A stretch of 64,000 bases of DNA from Octopus vulgaris. Lineage: Eukaryota. Each line of letters starts with the position of its first letter. The stretch's first letter is position 1. Under the pieces are notes generated by a model. The model was not told the origin of the DNA. It worked only from the letters and a program-made list of their open reading frames with translations, and made no database searches. Positions 53,942 to 64,000 of the stretch are shown in pieces. Where the stretch lies: positions 71,610,001-71,674,000 of the forward strand of contig OX597827.1 of NCBI GenBank assembly GCA_951406725.2, given 5' to 3'. A program made the translations under genes and the position numbers.

Positions 53942-54418
53942 CAATTCTATATATCTTAACGTGGATATTCTGTAGAGAGTCACAACGCTGTAACATTCGC
54001 CATTCGAAAATATTTGAAGACGCTTTCTCAAGACGAATATCGCAGTGCTTTCGCAGTCTAAACAGTATCCACGTTAAGTTAAGATTTACAGAATGCTATT
54101 CTGGACTAACACTGCTTCCGTCACTAATTAAAACTGAAAAGACTTCACAAACCGTTACTCAGAGTTTCTCGTAAACAATCATCAGAAAATCGTGTGTCTG
54201 GTGATTGGTTACGTGAAAGACACTGTAAAACACGGCACAGACCCACGCGTTATTGTACAACATGCATACGTTTAGTCAATCCATCTTTATCCTCACAGCT
54301 TATCTTTTATGAATGCTTCGTTAAAGACATGGCAGTATTCACGCTTTATCTTTCTGTTTTAGATGTTCTTTTCTTTTCTTAGTTGTTATTTTTACCGTTA
54401 GTTTGGAACAGTAGGGTT

Positions 54419-54626
54419 CTCTTTTACTCTTTTACTTGTTTCAGTCATTTGACTGCGACCATGCTGGAGCACCGCCTTTAGTCGAGCAAATCGACCCCAG
54501 GACTTATTCTTTGTAAGCCAAGTACTTATTCTATCGGTTCTCTTTTTGCCGAACCGCTAAGTTACGGGGACGTAAACACACCAACATCAGTTGTCAAGCG
54601 ATGTTGGGGGGACAAACACAGGCACA

Positions 54627-54698
<72 letters not shown>

Positions 54699-54869
54699 CA
54701 TATATACGACGGGCTTCTTTCAGTTTCCGTCTACCAAATCCACTCACAAGGCTTTGGTCGGCCCGAGGCTATAGTAGAAGACACTTGCCCAAGGTGCCAC
54801 GCAGTGGGACTGAACCCGGAACCATGTGGTTGGTAAGCAAGCTATTTACCACACAGCCACTCCTGCGCC
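54419..54869 (-). mobile_element. SINE family A, near-consensus, ~200 bp downstream of exon B in transcript sense
   Basis: Full reverse-complement copy. Confidence 0.93.
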
Positions 54870-55063
54870 TATACTTACCACAAAGCCACTCCTAAATCTA
54901 CATTTCACGAATTTGACGTTTCCAGAACTTCACAGTCCCATTTCCGAGAAGAAAACATAACTGGGAATTTGTGATGTTTTGACACAAGATCGGTAAATTT
55001 AGTGCAAGTCATGATGATGATGGTGATGATGATGACGACCGTAAATTAAGAGACAATACTTAC

Positions 55064-55260
55064 TAATTGCTTCATTAAATTACTGGCCATTTGAATGGAC
55101 ATGTCCAGTACTGTGTGGAAATTTATTTCAGGTTCTTTTTCATGCAAATCTTTGAGAATAGCGTAGCTACTGTTGACGTCGGTCGCACGTTTCACATTAA
55201 GTGTAACCTGGTGTTCACTTTTTCCCATCACCTGAAACAGCTGCTGTACTCGCATCAGAC
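55064..55260 (-). CDS. iGluR ATD exon B (197 bp, phase 1-0)
   Basis: Acceptor tgtcag|GTCTG and donor TTA|gtaagt. In frame with exon A (G|GT = Gly): GLMRVQQLFQVMGKSEHQVTLNVKRATDVNSSYAILKDLHEKEPEINFHTVLDMSIQMASNLMKQL, which resembles the AMPA-type GL.RLQ.L...R.ILD segment. Confidence 0.9.
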
Positions 55261-55269
55261 CTGACATTG

Positions 55270-56624
55270 AGAAAAGGAGAATAAAGAAGGGAGAATTAGG
55301 ACTTTGAAGCACAGAGAAGTGAAAGTGAAAGAGAGAGGGAGAGAGAGGAGGAAAGAGAGCAGGAGAGAGACTGAGAGGGAGCGAGATACAGAGGAAGAGA
55401 TACAGAGAGAGGGAGAGAATCAGAGGGAGAGGAAGCGGGGAGTCTGAGGAGCAGAGGAGCAGAGAGAGAGAGAGAGAGAGAGAGAGAAGGGGGTAGAGAG
55501 GTGAGAGAGATGGTGAGAGCTTGAGAGAGATGGTGAGAGCTTGAGAGAGATGGTGAGAGAGAGGAACAGAGAGGGAAAGAGACAGAGACAGAATATGAGA
55601 AAGAGGGGCGTGAGAAGGGCAGAGTGAAAGAGGAGTGGAGTAGAGAGAGAAAGGGGAGAGGGGAGAGAGGGGTAGAGAAAGAGTGAGAGAGAGAGAAATA
55701 GAAAGAGGAGAGAGAGGGAAGGAGAGTGGAGAGAAAGAGAGAGACGGAGTAATGTGACAGAAAGAACAGAGTAAAAGGGAAGAAATGGGGGCCTCAAAGC
55801 GTGACAAGGAGGGAGAAAGAAGAGAAAGAGAATGATAGAGAAAAAGAGGGAAAGGGAGAGGGGGTGAAATAGATCGAGAGAAGAGAAGGAGAAAAAAGAG
55901 AGAAAATGGAAATAAATATAGGACGAGGATGAAAGAAAGTGAAACAAGGAAAAATGAGTGAGAGGGAAACAGAGAACATGGGAGAGGAAGAGAGACAGAG
56001 GGGAGAGAGGGAGAGAAGGGGAGAAAGAGAGATAGGAAGAGAGAAGAAAGAAAAGGAATATAAGTGAACTGGGATGGCCTCTTGAACCGGCAAGTCACTC
56101 TAATCGACCTATTTTCTACTCGTTTTCTCTTGCTCTTTTAACACATTTGAAAAGGAGTAGTTTATCCGAAATATCATAGCTGATGAAGTAGATAAAGAAA
56201 AAGAGTGGAAAAGAAAGAAGCAGGGTGATGGGGAGAGGAAGAGAGAAAAAGAGAACGAGAATGAGAAGGGAAGTGAGATGGTGTAAGAGAGAGAAAATAC
56301 AAGAGGGAAAGAAAATAAAGCAGAGAGAGAGAATTAAAGAGAGAGAGACAGAGACTGTGTATGTGTGTGAAAAAAGAGAAACAAGTTAATGGAGGTTGCT
56401 TGAGAAGGAATGGCATGATGAAAAGTGAGAACTAACTAAAATGAGTAATATAGAACGGAGAGAGACAAAGAGACAGGTATATATACATACGTACATACAT
56501 ACATACATACATACATACATACATACATACATACATACATACATACATACATGCATGCATACATACATACATACATACATACACACATACATATACACAT
56601 ATACACATACATACATACATTACA

Positions 56625-56655
<31 letters not shown>

Positions 56656-56891
56656 CATACATACGTACATACATACATACATACATACATACATACACAC
56701 ATACATATACACATACATACATACATTACATACATGCATACATACATACATACATACATACATACGTACATACATACATACATACATACATACACACATA
56801 CATATACACATATACACATACATACATACATACATACATACATACATACATACATACATACATGCATGCATACATTCATACATACATACAT

Positions 56892-56924
<33 letters not shown>

Positions 56925-57076
56925 CATACATACATACATACATACATATAAATACATACATGCATATAAATATTTATGAATGTGCAGATATACGTACATA
57001 CATATATAATGGAAAGAGAGAGAGAGACAGAGATATAGACAGACAAAGAGAGTCCTACACACCGAGAGAAAGAATA

Positions 57077-57110
<34 letters not shown>

Positions 57111-57170
57111 AAGCAAGCAAGAAAGAAAGAAAGAGACACAGTGAGAGAAGGAAAGAGAGGGAGGAAAGGA
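55270..57170. repeat. GA-rich low-complexity tract plus (CATA)n array filling intron A-B
   Basis: Directly visible. Confidence 0.85.
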
Positions 57171-57280
57171 TTCCCACATAGAAGGTAAATGGAAAAGAAA
57201 GGGTGAACCTATATATTATGTGATAATGAGCAGTACTTAGCATGCAACATGTAGCACGTAATAATATCATTTCTGCCTAC

Positions 57281-57526
57281 CTTCATTGGATATATAGACA
57301 TAGTGAACAACATCCCATTGAAAATGGTGTATCAAATCAACAATGGCCTTTACATACATAGGTCGGAGGAAGAGTATATAAGGTGTTGGGTCTGAAGTAT
57401 TCATCGCCATACTTGTAGTCAGATATGGAATCTGAAATGTGTTACTGTACGACTTGACTGTAGCAAGCATTGACGTGTTTGCCTTTCCGAAAACAGCGAA
57501 AACTTCTTTAGACATGATCGTACATA
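57281..57526 (-). CDS. Ionotropic glutamate receptor (AMPA/GluA-like), ATD exon A (first exon seen; 246 bp, phase 1-1)
   Basis: Acceptor tttttcag|TATGT and donor GAAG|gtaggc. Encodes CTIMSKEVFAVFGKANTSMLATVKSYSNTFQIPYLTTSMAMNTSDPTPYILFLRPMYVKAIVDLIHHFQWDVVHYVYISNEG, matching the iGluR ATD pattern C..GV.A.FG...SF..TF.IP..T...LRP...A..D.I..Y.W....Y.Y.S.EG. Confidence 0.93.
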
Positions 57527-57620
57527 CTGAAAAATACAAAAAATGAACAATAATAAGAATAAGAATAAGAATAATAGTAATTTATAATAGCATAACGCAA
57601 CAACAACAACAACAACAACA

Positions 57621-57660
<40 letters not shown>

Positions 57661-57686
57661 GCTGCTGCTACTACTACTACTACTAC

Positions 57687-57717
<31 letters not shown>

Positions 57718-57718
57718 T

Positions 57719-57749
<31 letters not shown>

Positions 57750-57847
57750 CCTTTCTACAATAGGCACAAGGCCTGAAATTTGGGGAAGGGTTAAGTCGAT
57801 TATATCGACCCCAGTACTCAACTGGTACTTAATTTATCGACCCCCGA

Positions 57848-57918
<71 letters not shown>

Positions 57919-57947
57919 TAATAATAATAATAATAATAATGATATTG

Positions 57948-57981
<34 letters not shown>

Positions 57982-58010
57982 TAATAATAATAATAATAAT
58001 AATGATATTG

Positions 58011-58054
<44 letters not shown>

Positions 58055-59180
58055 CCCTTCTACAAAAGGTAAAAGGCCTTTACATCGACCCCAGTGTGTA
58101 ATTGGAGCTTATTTCATCACCCCCGAAAGGAAAAGATGAAAGGCAAATTCGACTTTGGCAGAATTTGAACTCAGAACATGAGGACGGATGAAATACCGTT
58201 AAATATTTCGCCGGGCGTGCTAACAATTCTGCCAGCTTGCCGCTTTTAATAATAACAACAACAACAACAACAACAATAATTATAATTATTATAATTATAA
58301 TAATAAATTCTACAATTGACACAAGGCTGGAATTTTTTTGAGCGGGGGCTAGTCAACTGTATGGACCTCGGTGCCCGGCTGGAGTTTATCTCATCGATTC
58401 CGAAAGGCTAAACACTTCGTCCGGTATGTTAACGATTTTGACAGCTCGTCGCCTTAACAACAACAACAACAACAACAGCAGCAGCAATAAGAACAATTGT
58501 AATAATGTACACCGCTGGCGGATAAACCGACAATCAACTCGAAACACTGCCGCAGACAGTAAACGGATTTATTGAAGGAATTGATTTAAATTTCTAATTA
58601 GAAAAATACACCGAGGCAACTTTGAATAAAATATTAATATTATGCTAAATAAATAAACAGAGATAAGAGAATTAGGCCAAATATAGAGATAAAAATATTT
58701 AGGAATCAATGAACAAGAAAGTGCAAAGAACATAGAAATAAAAGTAAAAGGTTAAAAAGCAATATTATCGACGCATTATATTAATAGTTGAAAGGCGGCG
58801 AGCTGGGAGAATCGTTAGCGCAACGAGTAAAATGCTTAGCGGTATTTCGTCTGCCGCTACGTTCTGAGTTCAAATTCTGCCGAGGTCGACTTTGCCTTTC
58901 ATCCTTTCGGTGTTGATAAATTAAGTACCAGTTGCGTAGTGGGATCGATCTTATCGACTGGTACCCCCCCCCCAAATTTCGGACCTTGTACTGAGAGTAG
59001 AAAAGATTATATTAATACTTGAAACGATTCTGCTAGCTCAGATACAAGGCCAGCAACTTTGGGGTTGAAAGGTAGTCGATACGACCGGCTGGTACAATTG
59101 TCTGGTATTTTGTCCAATCGACCCAAGAGTAATAAAAAGCAAAGTTGATCTCGCTAGGAACTGAACTCAGAATATAGAGG
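57750..59180. mobile_element. Cluster of family B-like SINEs in both orientations (minus 57750-58455, plus 58792-59010, minus 59040-59180), interleaved with (AAT)n
   Basis: Family B head and body motifs. Confidence 0.75.
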
Positions 59181-60008
59181 ACCGAAACAAGTAAAATTAA
59201 GAGTGGATTTGGTTACAGGAAATTGAATATATATATACATGTGAGTCAGTGTGTGAATGCGCGTATGTGTGTGTTTTCTTGTCTTGACGTCGCATGATAG
59301 TTGTAAGTGATTGCCACTGTCATACAAGCGGTATCATTCATTTCCAATATTTTGCGATAACGTGTGCCCATGGAGAAATATTACCTTACTTGGAAACAGG
59401 TGTGTGTGTGTGTCGAGGGGGGGGGGGGGGTTGGCGCCCAGAAGTGCACCCGGCCGTAGACAATTACATGGAAAAATGGATGTAAAACGAAATAAAAAAA
59501 TATTGTATTGTACCTTAGCTGGTTTGTTTATGTCCCCGTAACTTAGTGGCTCGGCAAAAGAGACGGACAAAATAAGTACCGAACTTTAAAAAAAAGAATA
59601 ATAATAAATACTGGGGACGATTTGCTCGACCACACCCGTCAAGTCTTTGCTCCAGCATGGTCGCAACCCATTGCCTAAATTATGTAAGCGATAAAAGCTA
59701 GTGCAGCGATCGTTAGACAGAGTCAAACTAAAATAGATCTGCTAGACGAAGCCGACTCGAAAGATTATTGCTAAAATATGACAGCGTTCGTTCATAATTT
59801 GACGTAATACGTCTTTCGATGTTTTAATACATTCGGGGGAAAATGTGTGACAAACGAAAGACGGAATTTAGATGAACGTCTTGGGAATTGTGAAGATTTT
59901 GCTATTCCCGTGTGTATTCTGTCAATTTGGAACTGAAACGAAGAAACAGACTGGGGAAAATATGACGCAAGACAAAACAGAAAAAGAAGCAGAGAACAAT
60001 AATTTGGG

Positions 60009-60087
<79 letters not shown>

Positions 60088-60357
60088 GGAAAAAAAGAGA
60101 AAAAGAAATTATTTAAATGCTGTGATGACACAGGCATCGCTGTTTCGTTGAAGAAGCTCGCTTTGCAGCTTCGTGCAGCTTCGTGGCACATGGGTTCGCG
60201 TTGAATCTCATTGCGTCAATATGCAGCACTTTGACTAAGCGTTTACTACAATAGGTTCGCGGTTCGATCAATGCCCCGGGAGTGAATTTGGTTGATGGGA
60301 ACAGTGTGGAAGACTGTCGAATATATTTATGTGTGTGAGTGTGTGTGAATACAGGTA

Positions 60358-60433
<76 letters not shown>

Positions 60434-60498
60434 CATCCATCTATCCGTCTGTCTGTCTATCTATCCATCCATCCATCCATCCATCCATCCATCCATCC

Positions 60499-60569
<71 letters not shown>

Positions 60570-60574
60570 CATCC

Positions 60575-60636
<62 letters not shown>

Positions 60637-60641
60637 ACGCA

Positions 60642-60686
<45 letters not shown>

Positions 60687-60902
60687 ATATATATGTATAT
60701 TATATATGTGTATATGTATACACACACACACAGACACATATATACATATATATATATATTATATAGTTGAAATTTACAAAAAAAAAAGACGAAGACGGGT
60801 GTATAAACAACAAACAAGTGTATTGGTTTAACACTCGGGAAGGTGAGAAAGTCTTTAACGTTTCGAGCCTACGCTCTTTAACAGAAAGGAAGACGAGGAA
60901 AT

Positions 60903-61004
<102 letters not shown>

Positions 61005-61374
61005 AAAAACTTTAGGAGCTAACGGTAAATAATGGCGGCTGGCTGGATAAAGGTATTTTCTCGAAGACGACGAAGGAGCGTTCAGCTTTATTTTGCCGAA
61101 AAATCTTCTCAGATGAAAAGTTTATAGTGATCAAATGTCCGTGCCGCACATTAGCTCATTCTCTCCGTCAAATCGACGTTGCCCGGTCAGGTGCACTGTG
61201 CCGCGCGTCAGGTGTCGAAGTGACTGCAGGGCAACATGAGATGAAGTATTTTGCTCAAGAACAACGCACCAACCAGTTACACTATGGGATCGATGTAATC
61301 GACAGGTCCCCCCTGCCCCAAAATTTCAGGCCTTATGCCTATAGTATAAAGGATTATCATTATCATTATTATTA

Positions 61375-61423
<49 letters not shown>

Positions 61424-61918
61424 GTACTTTCCGTTTCATCGTTTCCTTTTCATTTTATTATTTTCCTTTCTTTCTACTTTCGTCTAACATTTAAGCTGAA
61501 ATTAGCTTTTTAAAAAAACATAATATTCTCGTACGTGAATAATAAAGTTTCAAATGTCAATAAAACCCGATTTTAGAAAAGGTAATTAATATATTAAACC
61601 CACTTCAAACTGGAAAATGTTCGACAAAATGTACGAAAAGATTATTAGGAGCGAAGTAATTGTGAGAACAATTTTAAAACACGAAGAAAACATCAGAGCC
61701 AGAAAAATTGTTTGATCCTCAGTGATTTTAAAATTAAGTACCAGTTGCGTTCTGGGGTCGATCTAATTGACTAGCCCCCTCCCCCAAAATTTCGGGCCTT
61801 GTGCCTAGAGCAGAAAATACTATTTAAGCTTACGTCGATTCCTCTGTGGTGTTGTTTTACATTTATAATAAAATAAATGTATAAAAATTATAAAAATAAT
61901 AATACAAAAATATATACA

Positions 61919-62000
61919 GTACTGTTTCTACTTCGCGGATTTTCACCTATCGCGGGGGGTTTTGGAACTTAACGCCCGCGATAGCCGAGGGGTTACAGTA
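61919..62000 (+). mobile_element. Tigger/pogo-like MITE terminus
   Basis: cttcgcggattttcacctatcgcggggg...ggaac.taac.cccgcgata..cgagggg ttacagta ends in TA. Confidence 0.55.
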
Positions 62001-62489
62001 TAAACTAATATATTTTGCTAAATGAATTTTTCGCGTTGCGTCGTTTTCCGAATGAAGTCGTATGTCTTGTAACCAATTACCGACGCAAGTTGAGGTATGC
62101 AAGCAAATTTGATATACACATACATATACATATTCAAACGTATTATTTAAGATCGACAGAAGTTAACAAAAGTGACTCTAGCCTCGAGAGTTTCGTGCAT
62201 GGCATTCACATACCTAAATGCAGCCATACACACATATTTACATATTGGTTTATTACACACACACACACACAACGCACCAACATATGACAAAATGGCGTTT
62301 CGGTTCTCTAATAACATTGTCCAACGCCGCCTCCCCTTCCCGTCTTACCTTCTTCTTTTACATTGTTGTCTCTTACCATTCCCCCCAATTTTCAGTTCTA
62401 TTATGGACGCAATTGTTTCTTTGTAACAGTGGTCCTCAGTAGATTAAGCTCTTTGTAACTGTGACCTTAGTACACCAATTATAGTCATA

Positions 62490-64000
<1,511 letters not shown>

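Noticed and set aside
55046-56098. 350-aa minus-strand ORF as a single CDS
   Set aside because: Only 55064-55260 is a real exon; the rest is the CT-rich intron tract read in frame.

Overview
Eukaryotic, AT-rich DNA saturated with microsatellites and SINEs; the repeat style suggests an octopus or other coleoid cephalopod (inference). Nearly the whole window lies within one minus-strand ionotropic glutamate receptor gene (AMPA/GluA-like). Seven GT-AG exons (57526-57281, 55260-55064, 25905-25852, 16780-16619, 12959-12768, 1361-1254, 415-305) splice in frame. Together they give 1070 nt (~356 aa) covering most of the amino-terminal domain up to the start of ligand-binding segment S1 (ENRTRIVTTIQ); the gene continues beyond both ends. 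The introns hold at least three tRNA-derived SINE families, LINE relics (RTE, Tx1/L1, R4/Dong-like), mariner/Tc1, hAT and Tigger-like DNA elements, several palindromic elements and many simple repeats. Almost all ORFs in the supplied track are microsatellite artefacts. The most unusual observations are: a ~180-bp copy of an intron end that stops exactly at the splice acceptor and sits inside a retro-element; an ~800-bp intronic palindrome and a tail-to-tail SINE pair (candidate ADAR substrates); a degenerate type I hammerhead-like fold in pre-mRNA sense; and a SINE family that recurs as monomer, dimer and trimer with a shared junction. No clearly new multi-gene system is evident.
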